A stretch of 60,135 nt of DNA from Verrucomicrobiota bacterium (GTDB lineage Bacteria > Verrucomicrobiota > Lentisphaeria > Lentisphaerales > Lentisphaeraceae): assembly GCA_039798785.1 (NCBI GenBank), contig JBDKFG010000027.1:1-60135 (forward strand), in the 5' to 3' direction. This document shows, piece after piece, positions 9,768-19,711 of the stretch. Position 1 is the first letter of the stretch. Every line of letters starts with the position of its first letter. Position numbers and translations under genes: made by a program. Under the pieces are notes generated by a model that had not been told where the DNA came from, made no database searches, and saw only the letters and a list, made by a program, of their open reading frames with translations.

Positions 9768-11000
9768 ATGAATTCGTGCCTCGCCACCGCCCTCGCCTCC
9801 TTGCTCCTCGCCTCCTGCGGCAGCCTCGCACCTGTCGAGCGCGACTACGCCGCCGACGCCGAGTTCTTGAGCGCTCACACCGAGCTGATCGAGCTGCGCT
9901 CGGGAGAGGACCGCATCGCCGTCGCTCCCGCCTGGCAGGGACGGGTCATGACCTCGACCTGCAAGGGCCCCTCGGGACGCAGCCACGGCTGGATCAACTA
10001 CCCACTGGTCGCCCAGGGCGTCCTTCCCGAAAAGCTCCGTCCCGAGCTCGAGCGCCACATCCACGCCTTCGGCGGCGAGGAGCGCTTCTGGATCGGGCCG
10101 GAAGGCGGCCCCTTCTCGGTCTTCTTCGCCCCCGGCGCCGAACAGGTCTTCGCCCATTGGAAGACGCCCGCCCTGCTCGACACCGAAGCCTTCCCGGTCG
10201 TCGCCCGCGACCAGAGCTCGGTCAGCTTCCGCAAGGAGGCCCGCCTCGTCAACGCCGCCGGCACCACCCTGGAGATGGGCATCGAACGCCGCGTCACCCT
10301 TCTCGACGAGCCCGCCACCCGCCAAATCATCGGCGAGGCGCCCGGCATCGATTGCGTCGCCTACGAATCGGCCAACACCATCGCCAACCGCGGCAGCCAG
10401 GCCTGGAGCCGCGCCACCGGCATGCCTTCCATCTGGCTTCTCGGCATGATGAAGCCCTCCGCCGGCACCACGGTCTACATCCCCTTCCGCCCCGGCCCGG
10501 AGGCCGAACTCGGGCCGAAAGTGATCGCCAACTACTTCGGCGACATCCCCGCTGCCCGGCTCAAGGTGACCGAGCGCGGCGTCTTCTTCAAGGGCGACGG
10601 CCTCAGCCGCGGCAAGATCGGCATCCCGGCCAAGCGCGCTCTCCCGGCCTCCGGCAGCTACGACTCCGAGAACGGCGTCCTCACCCTCCTGATCTGCGAA
10701 CTGCCGCCGGGCCACCAGGACGCCGACTACGTCTGCTCCCTCTGGGGCAAACAGGAGAAGCCCTTCGCCGGCGACGTCATCAATTCCTACAACGACGGCG
10801 AAGCCGTTGCCGGTAAAGGCCAGCTCGGCCCCTTCTACGAGCTGGAAAGCTCCAGCCCGGCACTCGCCCTCGCTCCGGGGCAGTCGCAGACTCACCGGCA
10901 GACCACCCTCCACCTGAGCGGGGAGCGTGCCGGACTCGACGCCATCGCCCGCAGAATCCTCGGCGTCTCTCTCGACGAGATCAGCGGTGCCCTTCCCTGA
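9768..11000 (+). CDS. DUF6786-like lipoprotein
   Basis: Lipobox LASC; APAWQGRVMTST, GGEERFWIGPEGG, NSYNDG, GPFYELESSSPA motifs. Confidence 0.8.
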   Translation: MNSCLATALASLLLASCGSLAPVERDYAADAEFLSAHTELIELRSGEDRIAVAPAWQGRVMTSTCKGPSGRSHGWINYPLVAQGVLPEKLRPELERHIHAFGGEERFWIGPEGGPFSVFFAPGAEQVFAHWKTPALLDTEAFPVVARDQSSVSFRKEARLVNAAGTTLEMGIERRVTLLDEPATRQIIGEAPGIDCVAYESANTIANRGSQAWSRATGMPSIWLLGMMKPSAGTTVYIPFRPGPEAELGPKVIANYFGDIPAARLKVTERGVFFKGDGLSRGKIGIPAKRALPASGSYDSENGVLTLLICELPPGHQDADYVCSLWGKQEKPFAGDVINSYNDGEAVAGKGQLGPFYELESSSPALALAPGQSQTHRQTTLHLSGERAGLDAIARRILGVSLDEISGALP

Positions 11001-11015
11001 AGCCCGTAGGTTTTT

Positions 11016-11945
11016 TCAATCCGGAGAGAAATGCCCGTCGAGGAACTGGGTGATGCGCTTGTGGTCGATGAGCAGGCGGCCGCTGCCCTGGGCCAGGGCG
11101 CTGCGGTAGTCGCGCGGGCAGACCCCTGTGAAACGGGTGAAGACCTGGGCGAAATACTGCGGTGACGAGAAGCCGCAGACCAGCGCCACTTCGGCAATGC
11201 CGAGCCGGCCCGCGGCGATCAGGCGCCGCGCCTGGGCCAGGCGATACTCCCGCACCAGTTCGACTGGGCTGCGGTTGAACAGGCGCCGGCACTCCTCGCG
11301 CAGCCGGGCGGGACTGCCGCCGAGAGCGGCGGCCATCGCCGCGATGTCGAAATCCTCGGCGAGCCGGCGACGGAGAAAGCCGAGAATCCTCTCGCGCCCG
11401 GAATCCGACGCCGGCCGCAAGGAGCGGCCCAGCTTGATCAGCAGCTCACCGAGAAGGAATCGGCAGCGGACGGCGCTGTAGGCGTCTGCCAGACGATGCT
11501 CGCGCAGCATCTCCTCCATCAGCTCGGCGACCCCCGCCGGAGAGCTCCGCAAAGGCTCGCCACCCAGCTCGAAAAGCAGATCGCGCCAGCGCCGCAACTC
11601 CTCCTCCGGCCAGGAACTGCCGGAACGCGGGCTGAGATCGACCTGGAGGAAATAGGCGTCGCTGCACGACAGGCTGTCGCCAGGACTGGCGAGGCGGTCG
11701 TGGGGACGGGTGATCAAGAGCTCCCTCGGCTGCTGCGGCAGGAGCTCGCCGTTGATCAGCCAGGTGAGGCTGCCGTCAAGCAGCAGGGTGATCTCGAAGT
11801 TGTCCATCTGGTGCGCCGGCAGCGCCTTCCTGGCGAGCCGCCGGACGATGCGACGCCCGATGACCGGCACTTCGCCGATCAAGGCCGGCGCATCCCCGGA
11901 GCGGCCATAGCGGATCATCCGGTTCCCTTTGCCTGCCATTTCCAT
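11016..11945 (-). CDS. AraC family transcriptional regulator (cupin + HTH)
   Basis: HQMDNFEITLL cupin; IAEVALVCGFSSPQYFAQVF HTH; alternative start 11918; divergent from uxaB. Confidence 0.9.
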   Translation of the reverse strand: MEMAGKGNRMIRYGRSGDAPALIGEVPVIGRRIVRRLARKALPAHQMDNFEITLLLDGSLTWLINGELLPQQPRELLITRPHDRLASPGDSLSCSDAYFLQVDLSPRSGSSWPEEELRRWRDLLFELGGEPLRSSPAGVAELMEEMLREHRLADAYSAVRCRFLLGELLIKLGRSLRPASDSGRERILGFLRRRLAEDFDIAAMAAALGGSPARLREECRRLFNRSPVELVREYRLAQARRLIAAGRLGIAEVALVCGFSSPQYFAQVFTRFTGVCPRDYRSALAQGSGRLLIDHKRITQFLDGHFSPD

Positions 11946-12061
11946 CGGGATCTCCTCGGTTCCGGATCAAAATCACTCGACTTGCGTTTTCATCAACAAC
12001 AAATTCATAAGTCATAGACGTGACGGCGGCTCCAGTAGCGACAAGCAACTAGGAGATCCAA

Positions 12062-13264
12062 ATGAGCCTTCGCATCCTGCAATTCGGCACCGGCATCTTC
12101 CTGCGCGGTTTCTGGAGCGACCTGGTGCAGCGGATGAACGACAAGGGCGCGTATCTGAAGATCACCAGCGTCAAGCTCACCGCCAGCGCCGAGAAGGAGC
12201 CGGAATCAGCCTTCACCGCCCCCTGGACTCTGCGCCTCCGCGGCCTGCTCGAGGGAGGGGAATACGACGCCTATCGCCTCATCAGCTGCAACGACGCCTA
12301 CCTCAATCCCTTCACCGATCCGGCGGGCTTCCTCGCCAGCGCCCGCGACCCGGAAATCGCCGTCATCGTCTCCAACTCCACCGAGGCCGGCATCGCCTGG
12401 TTTCCGGAGCCGCGGGAGAGCGCCACCAGCTTCCCCGCGCGCCTCTGCCTCTGGCTCGAGGAACGCCACCGCAGCGGCCTCGCGGCGCCGCTCATCATGC
12501 CCTTTGAACTGATCGAGGACAACGGCGCCAAGCTGCGCGAGCTCATCCTCCGCCACGCGGCGCAGTGGCAGACGCCGATCGCCTTCCAAAACTGGTTGCT
12601 CGAGAAGTGCGACTTCCGCAACACCTTGGTCGACCGCATCGTCACCCGCGACGCCGCCGGCGCCGTCAACGCCGAACCCTATGCCTTCCTCGCCATCGAC
12701 GGCGCTCCGCGAGAAGAACTGCTGCCTTTGGATCGCTGCGCCATCGACTTCCTCTGGACGGACAATCTCCGTCCCTACCGTCAGCGCAAGGTCGGCCTGC
12801 TCAACGGCGGCCACACGGCCTTGGTCTTCCCCGCCCTCGAAGCCGGTCACGCCACCGTGATCGAAGCGATGCGGGATCCGCAAATGCGCGGCTTCCTGGA
12901 GGAGCTGATGCTGCGCGAAATTGTTCCGGCACTTGCCCTTTCCAGCGGTCTCGGCGGCACCGAATTGCGCCGCTACGCCCTCGGCGTCCTCGAGCGCTTC
13001 GCCAACCCCTTCCTGCAGCACCAGCTGCTCGCCATCGCCTTGAACTCCTCCAGCAAATTCCGCGTCCGCCTGGAGCCGAGCCGGGACGCCTACCAGCAGC
13101 TCTTCGGCATCCCGCCTCCCTTGATCAGCCGCGCCTTCGACAGCTTCCGCCGCGCCGTCCGCGAGGGCCGCATCGAGGGCGACATCCTCCACCTCGCCGG
13201 AAGCAGTCCGCGATCCTTCCGCGACGATCCCGAGGCGCTGCGCCAACTCAATTCCCAGAACTGA
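12062..13264 (+). CDS. uxaB: Tagaturonate reductase / altronate oxidoreductase
   Basis: ILQFGTGIFLRGF, VSNSTEAGI, ELIEDNG, NTLVDRIV, RKVGLLNGGHT, ERFANPF, IALNSSSKF. Confidence 0.85.
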   Translation: MSLRILQFGTGIFLRGFWSDLVQRMNDKGAYLKITSVKLTASAEKEPESAFTAPWTLRLRGLLEGGEYDAYRLISCNDAYLNPFTDPAGFLASARDPEIAVIVSNSTEAGIAWFPEPRESATSFPARLCLWLEERHRSGLAAPLIMPFELIEDNGAKLRELILRHAAQWQTPIAFQNWLLEKCDFRNTLVDRIVTRDAAGAVNAEPYAFLAIDGAPREELLPLDRCAIDFLWTDNLRPYRQRKVGLLNGGHTALVFPALEAGHATVIEAMRDPQMRGFLEELMLREIVPALALSSGLGGTELRRYALGVLERFANPFLQHQLLAIALNSSSKFRVRLEPSRDAYQQLFGIPPPLISRAFDSFRRAVREGRIEGDILHLAGSSPRSFRDDPEALRQLNSQN

Positions 13265-13279
13265 AATCAGGAGCCCCCG

Positions 13280-14296
13280 ATGAAAACCCTCGTCTGCGAC
13301 AAGCCTTTTGAATTCTCCATGACCGAGCGACCCCGTCCCGCACCCGCCGCCGGCGAGGTCCTGGTGCGCATCCGCCGCATCGGCATCTGCGGCACCGACC
13401 TGCACGCCTACCAGGGCAAACAGGCCTTCTTCAGCTACCCGCGCGTCCTCGGGCACGAGCTCGCCGGCGAGGTCGCCGAGCTCGGCTCCGGGGTCGATTC
13501 CCTCGCCCTCGGCGATCATGTCCTGGTCATCCCCTATCTCCACTGCGGCCACTGCATCGCCTGCCGTCGCGGCGCCAGCAACTGCTGCTGCAACATGCAG
13601 GTGATGGGTGTGCACAAGGACGGCGGGATGAGCGAGTTCCTCATCGTTCCTGCCAGCCATCTCGTCGCCTCGAAGACCCTGCCGCTCGAGCAGATGGCCT
13701 TGGTCGAATGCCTCGCCATCGGCGCCCACGCGGTGCGCCGCGGCGCCGTCCATGCGGGCGAGAACGCCATGGTCATCGGCGCCGGCCCCATCGGCCTCGG
13801 CTGCGTCCAGATGCTCAAGGCGGCAGGAGCCCGTCCCCTGGTGGTCGACCTCGATCAAGGCCGCCTCGACTTCTGCCGTCGCGAACTCGGCGTCGAGGAC
13901 TGTCTCTTCGGTGGTGCCGATCTCGCCGCCCGCCTCGAAGCGGCCTGCGGCGGCGATCTGCCGAGCCTGGTCATCGACGCCACCGGCCATGCCGGCTCGA
14001 TGAGTTCGAGCTTCCAATATTGCGCCCACAGCGGCCGCATCGTCTTCGTCGGCCTGAGCAAGGACGAGCTGCGCTTCCTCCACCCCGACATCCACAAGCG
14101 CGAGCTCAGCCTGCACTGCAGCCGCAACGCCACACGCGCCGACTTCGAGGCGGTGATCGCCGGCCTCGAGTCGGGCTCGGTGAAGGCGAGCTGCATGATC
14201 AATGTCCGCGTCCCCTTCGCCGAGCTGGCACGCCGCTTCCCCGATTGGCTCGAACCCAAGGCCGGCGTCATCAAGGCGATGGTCGAGATCGACTGA
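13280..14296 (+). CDS. Zn-dependent MDR dehydrogenase, L-galactonate 5-dehydrogenase-like (LgoD/YjjN)
   Basis: GICGTDLH, GHE, CGHCIACRRGASNCC, GAGPIG, SRNAT, VIKAMV; adjacent to uxaB. Confidence 0.8.
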   Translation: MKTLVCDKPFEFSMTERPRPAPAAGEVLVRIRRIGICGTDLHAYQGKQAFFSYPRVLGHELAGEVAELGSGVDSLALGDHVLVIPYLHCGHCIACRRGASNCCCNMQVMGVHKDGGMSEFLIVPASHLVASKTLPLEQMALVECLAIGAHAVRRGAVHAGENAMVIGAGPIGLGCVQMLKAAGARPLVVDLDQGRLDFCRRELGVEDCLFGGADLAARLEAACGGDLPSLVIDATGHAGSMSSSFQYCAHSGRIVFVGLSKDELRFLHPDIHKRELSLHCSRNATRADFEAVIAGLESGSVKASCMINVRVPFAELARRFPDWLEPKAGVIKAMVEID

Positions 14297-14370
14297 GCCA
14301 GAATTCGAATCATTATTAATTCTGGCTCCCCGGCAGTTATGTGGGTTGGCCCTTGCCCTTGCTTATTCTA

Positions 14371-14465
14371 CCCCGAAGCGGGTCGGTGATTTTAGCCCAT
14401 GGTTGAGCCGCATCGGCGGCACCATGGTAAAGGCGAGTCATGAAAACCGACCCCAAGGGGGCGAC
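14371..14465 (+). repeat. REP-like palindromic repeat, copy 1
   Basis: Aligns over about 95 bp with 22831-22926; core GAGCCGCATCGGCG at 14405-14418; lies between convergent genes. Confidence 0.75.
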
Positions 14466-14607
14466 CCAAGGGGCTCGCGGAAAACGCGAAAACGAAGGAA
14501 TCCCTTGGGTGCCAGCCCTCGGACCTCCTTGCCCCTTCAGGTTCGAGATTCCCCGCCTGCTGACCTTCGTCGAGACATTGCTCAGGTCGTGCCGACTGCA
14601 TCCGAGC

Positions 14608-14880
14608 TCAATCCGGGCTGGTCAGGCGCTCCCACTCCGCATGACGGGCCCAGGCCTCTTCGTTGCGCTCGCCGCAAAGCTCGCGGCTGGCACCGTAGCT
14701 CGAACATACCTTGGGACGCTCCGTCCGGCCGAAGAGATCGCAAAGATTATCCTGGGTCAAGTGCGGACATCGCATGCCGGCAGGCTTGGGGCCGCCAAGG
14801 CCTGGAATGGTCTCGCTGATAGAGACGACGATGCAGCAGGCGGCGCAGCCTGGGCGGCAGAGTGTCGGAGTGAAAGACAT
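14608..14880 (-). CDS. YkgJ family cysteine-cluster protein
   Basis: CRPGCAACC, CPHL, LCDLF, RPKVC motifs. Confidence 0.85.
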   Translation of the reverse strand: MSFTPTLCRPGCAACCIVVSISETIPGLGGPKPAGMRCPHLTQDNLCDLFGRTERPKVCSSYGASRELCGERNEEAWARHAEWERLTSPD

Positions 14881-14931
14881 GTTTTTTTCTTCTTAACTTG
14901 CTAGTGTAATTCGAACCCCCAGGAGTCTCGC

Positions 14932-15672
14932 ATGAATCGCCGGATTTGCTCCACCTTCCTCTGCCTCAGCCTGTTATTTTCCTGCGGCAGCGACGAGCCC
15001 CCCCTCGCGCCGACGCAGCTCCCGGTCACAGACAACGGCGACGGCACCTACAGCTACGGCAATATCAAGCTCAAAAAAGACGCCAAGGGGACCTATTACG
15101 TCGACGGCACCAGCAATGTCCCGCCCCCGAAAAGCGTCAACGGCGTCACCATCCTTACGCCTGCCGAAGCGAAGCAACTGAAAGAGAAACAGCGCCTGAA
15201 AAACGATCTGAAAGCGGCGGCCGAAAAACCGGAAAAGCTGAAAAAGTCACGAGAGCGGACGATTCAGCTGATCGACCCCAAGACCCCCAAGGTCAAACCG
15301 GAAGAGAAAAAAGAAGTGCGGATCGACCCGCTGGAAGAGTTCCGCAAAAGCAATCCGCAGCTGTTTGACCAGGAACGCGAAAGCGCGAGGCAGCAGACCT
15401 TGGCGAAACTCCGCGCCGAAGCGGAAAAGGTGCATTCGCGCCAGGTCGAAACGCCCCGCCGTGCGTCACCCGACGCTCTCCTGCCACCACAATATCTCGC
15501 TTTGAAGCAGCGCGCGTCGGAGGGCGATCCCGAAAGCCAATACCAGCTCGGGGTCGCCTTGAAAAACGGCCTGGGCGGCGAAATCGACAGGGTCAAGGCC
15601 CGGGAATGGCTTGAGAAAGCCGCACGACTAGGCCATGTGCAAGCCAGACTGGTCCTCAACAGCCGCTGGTGA
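14932..15672 (+). CDS. Lipoprotein with C-terminal Sel1-like repeat
   Basis: Lipobox LFSC; GDPESQYQLGVALKNGLG...KAREWLEKAARLGH. Confidence 0.8.
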   Translation: MNRRICSTFLCLSLLFSCGSDEPPLAPTQLPVTDNGDGTYSYGNIKLKKDAKGTYYVDGTSNVPPPKSVNGVTILTPAEAKQLKEKQRLKNDLKAAAEKPEKLKKSRERTIQLIDPKTPKVKPEEKKEVRIDPLEEFRKSNPQLFDQERESARQQTLAKLRAEAEKVHSRQVETPRRASPDALLPPQYLALKQRASEGDPESQYQLGVALKNGLGGEIDRVKAREWLEKAARLGHVQARLVLNSRW

Positions 15673-15747
15673 TGGCTAAAAGTCGCTTGACAAGCCTCGC
15701 AAACGGGAGCTAATATCCATGCGCATCCTTCAAATCGGAAATCCTCC

Positions 15748-17418
15748 ATGATAGTCTCTCTCTCGATCCGCAACCTCGCTCTCGTCCAGGAACTCGATGT
15801 CGAATTCGGGCCTGGCCTCAACGTCGTCACCGGCGAAACCGGCGCCGGCAAGTCTGTCGTCCTCGGCGCCATCCGCCTCCTGCTCGGTGAACGGGCGGAC
15901 AAATCCCTCATCCGCAGCGATGAACGCCAGGCCGAGCTGGCGTCCGAGATCGATCTCGCGGCCCATCCCGCAGTCCGAGACGCCGTGACCCGGCTGCTCG
16001 ACGAAGCCGGAATCGAAATGGAAGATGGACCTCTGCTCCTTCGCCGCACCCTCAGCAGCAGCGCCAGCCGCAGCTTCGTCAACGGAGTCGCCGTCCCCCT
16101 CAGCACCCTGCGCTCCCTCGGCGCCCTTCTGATCGATCTGTTCTCACCCGGCGAACAATACGCCCTCGCCGAAAGCGGCCGTCAACGCGACATCCTCGAC
16201 CGCGCCGCCGGCCTGAGCGACGAGCTTCGCCTCTGCGGCGAGGCCTGGCGCCAGAAGAGCTCTCTCGAAAATGAATTGGAAGCCCTCGACCGCGATCTCG
16301 CCGACGAAGGCGAGCTGGAGATCCTCCGCCACCAGTTCAAGGAGATCGACGAGGCGGAGCTCGAAGAAGGCGAAGACATCGAGGTCCGGGAGGAGCATTC
16401 CCGCCTCGCCGGCGCCAAGGACAGCATCCAGTTCTTCGCCCAGGCCGCCGCCCTGCTCGGCGACGCCGAACCATCCGCCAGCGACCTGCTGCGCCGCGCC
16501 CTGCATTGCCTGCAGCAGCTCAGCCGTCACGACCCGGCTACCGCCAAGCCCTTGATCGAAAGGCTCAATTCAGTCACCGAAGAGACCCTCGACCTGGCTC
16601 GGGAGCTGGAGAATCTCGCCGCCGGCAGCGAGCTCGACCCGGAGCGCCTGCAGGAACTCGAGGACCGCCTCCGACTGCTGCAGCAATTGAAGCGCAAATA
16701 CGGCCCCGAATTGAGTGACGTGATCGCCCGCGGACGTCGTCTCGCGGCCAAGATCGACGCGGCTTCGGGACGCGACGGCCGCCGCGAGGAATTGCGGGCC
16801 GCCCTGGCCGAGGCCGAGGAGCGCCACTCGGCTTGCGCCCGCCGCATCAGCGCGGTACGCCAGGCCCATGCCGACAAGCTCGCCGAAGCGATCGGCCAGG
16901 AGTTGGCCGGCCTCGACTTCCGCGCCGCCCGCTTCAGCATCAAGATCAGCCCCGCCGAAGCCGCCGCCCACGGCTGCGACCGGGTCGACTTCCTCTTCGC
17001 CCCCAACGCCGGAGAAGCGCCCAAGCTCCTCGGCGACATCGCCTCTTCCGGCGAAATCTCCCGGGTCATGCTGGCGGTAAAAACCGTCCTCGCCGAAGCC
17101 GACGGCATCCCGGTGCTGATCTTCGACGAGATCGACGCCAACGTCGGCGGCACCACCGCCGCGAAGGTCGCCCGCCGCCTCCGCGCCCTCGGTATCGGCC
17201 GCCAGGTTTTCTGCATCACCCACCTGCCCCAGGTCGCCGCCGCCGGGAATTCGCATCACAAGGTCGCCAAGGAGGAGCGCCATGGACGAACCTTCGCCGA
17301 GATGGAGCTCCTCGGCCAGGACCAGCGACTCAACGAGATCGCACGCATGCTCGGCGGCGAAGACACCTCCAGCGTCGTCCTCGAGCACGCCGCCGGTCTC
17401 CTCGCCTCGCACCGCTGA
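15748..17418 (+). CDS. recN: DNA repair protein RecN
   Basis: TGETGAGKS Walker A, ASSGEISRVMLA, LIFDEID, CITHLPQVAA, EIARMLGG. Confidence 0.97.
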   Translation: MIVSLSIRNLALVQELDVEFGPGLNVVTGETGAGKSVVLGAIRLLLGERADKSLIRSDERQAELASEIDLAAHPAVRDAVTRLLDEAGIEMEDGPLLLRRTLSSSASRSFVNGVAVPLSTLRSLGALLIDLFSPGEQYALAESGRQRDILDRAAGLSDELRLCGEAWRQKSSLENELEALDRDLADEGELEILRHQFKEIDEAELEEGEDIEVREEHSRLAGAKDSIQFFAQAAALLGDAEPSASDLLRRALHCLQQLSRHDPATAKPLIERLNSVTEETLDLARELENLAAGSELDPERLQELEDRLRLLQQLKRKYGPELSDVIARGRRLAAKIDAASGRDGRREELRAALAEAEERHSACARRISAVRQAHADKLAEAIGQELAGLDFRAARFSIKISPAEAAAHGCDRVDFLFAPNAGEAPKLLGDIASSGEISRVMLAVKTVLAEADGIPVLIFDEIDANVGGTTAAKVARRLRALGIGRQVFCITHLPQVAAAGNSHHKVAKEERHGRTFAEMELLGQDQRLNEIARMLGGEDTSSVVLEHAAGLLASHR

Positions 17419-17742
17419 TGGCTGCGATCTCCGCACAACTCAGAAGCAACTCAGTGTAGAAGCAGGATCTGGTGTTTCGATTTTGTTCTTACAGCTGGCT
17501 GCTGCTGCTCAACCTTATCAAGCTATGGAATCTAGACCGATCCACTCACTTTCTCACTGAGTGAGCAGGAACCGGGATTGGCGACGGTCGGAATAGATTT
17601 CGTCTCCACTCCTCACCAGCAGGAGACTTCAAAGATTGACAAGGACTTGAACAGATTAAAAAAAAATCCGGCTGCGGCGCGAGATCCGGATCGGAGCGGC
17701 GAACTGAAAGACGAAAAATCAGAAATCTCCCGGAGCGCGCCA

Positions 17743-18351
17743 ATGCCCCAAGAAAGCAGCACCGCACCAGCGGACGCCGACGCCCGTCAGGTCACGATGA
17801 ACGAGACCCTGCAGCGGGTCCGCGATGGTGATCTGCAAGCCTTCCGCGAAGTGATCCGGATCTACGGCCCCGGGGTGAGAATCCTGCTGGCCTCGCACAT
17901 CCGCGATCTGCACGCCGCCGAGGATCTGGCCCAGGAGGTCTTCGTCGCCGTCTACGCCGGACTCGACAGCTTTGATCCGAAGCAGGATCCGGGGCCATGG
18001 ATACGCACGATCGCACGCAACAAGTTGATGAGCGCCCTGAGGCGTCGCTACGGCCCGAAGTCGCGACTACTCTCCCTCCATGAAGACCTGCGCAGTCTGG
18101 CGGTGACCGATGACTCGAGCGCCGATCTGGAAAACCGTCAACACCAGGTGGAGCTCCTGCGCCATTGCATGGCGCGGCATCCGGAGAGCGAACGCCAGCT
18201 GATCCAAGCGCGCTACTTCACCCGGGAAGCCGTGCAGGACATCGCCATTCGTCTCGGAACCACCGTTTCCGCCATCAGCTCACAGCTCTACCGCCTACGC
18301 CATCAGCTGCGCAGCTGCATGGAAGGCAAGACCCGCCAGGAGGCCCGATGA
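17743..18351 (+). CDS. ECF RNA polymerase sigma-70 factor
   Basis: AEDLAQEVF, WIRTIARN (region 2); region 4 ISSQLYRLRHQLRSC; start uncertain (17743 or 17797). Confidence 0.9.
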   Translation: MPQESSTAPADADARQVTMNETLQRVRDGDLQAFREVIRIYGPGVRILLASHIRDLHAAEDLAQEVFVAVYAGLDSFDPKQDPGPWIRTIARNKLMSALRRRYGPKSRLLSLHEDLRSLAVTDDSSADLENRQHQVELLRHCMARHPESERQLIQARYFTREAVQDIAIRLGTTVSAISSQLYRLRHQLRSCMEGKTRQEAR

Positions 18352-19688
18352 TCGACGAAGAGCAGCAGCGGCTGATCGAGGCATTTGTCGACGATTCGCT
18401 GGACGAAGCCGGCCTCGACCGCCTCGTCCAGGCCTTGCAGGCCTCCCCGGCCTGCCGCCGCGAACTGGAGCTGGCGATGCGGCTGAGAGGCCTCGGCGCC
18501 CTGGCGGAGAGCGCCACCTCGGCGCAGGGATTCGCAGCCTCGGTCCTCGACCGCTGCGCCGGCCTGCAGACCGCCAGTCTTGAGAGTAAAGTCTTGAAAA
18601 GCCTGCAGCATAGAGCCCAGAAGGCGAGTGCGAGCTCCCGACGCCCCGCTCTCTGGCGGCATCCCTTGCTCGCCGCCGCCATCGCCGCACAAATCCTCAT
18701 CGGCCTTGGGCTGTGGCTCATTTTCTCGAAGCCGGAAGCACTCGTGATCGGCCAGGTGGTCAGCGCAGCGGAAGACGGCTTCCTCGTCCGCAAGCAAGAG
18801 AAGATCTGTCTCCATCCGGGCCTTGAGATCCGCGCCGGCGACCTGCTTCAGCTCGGACGTCTCGACGGCTGCGAAATCGGCTACCGCGACGGCACTCGGC
18901 TGCGGCTTCTACCCGAAGCCTCGGCGCGGCTGCAGGAGGAGGACGGCGCGAAGCGCCTGCATCTCTTCGACGGCAGCCTGTACCTCGAGGTCACCCCGCA
19001 GCCGACCGAAAGGGCCTTCGAGATCCGCAGTGCCCACGCCGTCTGCACCGTCCGGGGAACTCGTCTCCATCTCACCGCGACCGCGATCTTCACACGCCTC
19101 GACGTCGAGCACGGAGCGGTGGAGATGAGCTCGCTCCTGCATCCTGGCGCGCTCTTGGTGAAAGCCGGCGAGTCCGCCAGCGCCAGCGCCAGCGCCGCCG
19201 CCCGCAGCAACTCCAAGACCGACCCTATCTTCAGCTCAGGACTGGTGACCAAGGGAACGGTGCCGATCTCCGTCGCCCTCAAGGGAGCCAGGAAGATCTA
19301 TCTCGTCGTCGACACCGGCGGCGACCGCGGCACTTGCGATCACGCCGTGTGGATCCATCCCCGTCTGCGGGGCCCGGGCAGGCCCGAACTGAGCCTCAAC
19401 AAGCGTCCCTGGCTGCTCGCCAGAAGCGCCTGGGCCGGCCCCCTCCCCCACCTCGACTCGGGCCTCTTCGGCGATGTCGCCACGGTCCAGGGCCGTCCGG
19501 TGCGTCCCTGCATTTCCGTCCACGCCGATTCAGTCATCGCCTACGAGGTGCCTGCCGGCTACGACTGTTTCGAGGCCGAGGGGGGAGTTCTCGACAGCGG
19601 CTTCTCTCCGCCGGCCTATTTCCCCTCGGTCCGATTCCACCTCCACACCGAGATCAGCCCGGAACAACTGAAGAGACTGATGCCCTGA
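18348..19688 (+). CDS. FecR-type anti-sigma factor with NPCBM-like carbohydrate-binding region
   Basis: ATGA overlap with the sigma gene; one TM helix; FecR motifs DGTRLRL, VRGTRL, VEHGAV; NPCBM-like LVVDTGGD..CDHAVW and ISVHADS..FEAEGG. Confidence 0.85.
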   Translation: MIDEEQQRLIEAFVDDSLDEAGLDRLVQALQASPACRRELELAMRLRGLGALAESATSAQGFAASVLDRCAGLQTASLESKVLKSLQHRAQKASASSRRPALWRHPLLAAAIAAQILIGLGLWLIFSKPEALVIGQVVSAAEDGFLVRKQEKICLHPGLEIRAGDLLQLGRLDGCEIGYRDGTRLRLLPEASARLQEEDGAKRLHLFDGSLYLEVTPQPTERAFEIRSAHAVCTVRGTRLHLTATAIFTRLDVEHGAVEMSSLLHPGALLVKAGESASASASAAARSNSKTDPIFSSGLVTKGTVPISVALKGARKIYLVVDTGGDRGTCDHAVWIHPRLRGPGRPELSLNKRPWLLARSAWAGPLPHLDSGLFGDVATVQGRPVRPCISVHADSVIAYEVPAGYDCFEAEGGVLDSGFSPPAYFPSVRFHLHTEISPEQLKRLMP

Positions 19689-19711
19689 GAAGCCGGCAGC
19701 CCGGATTGGCG

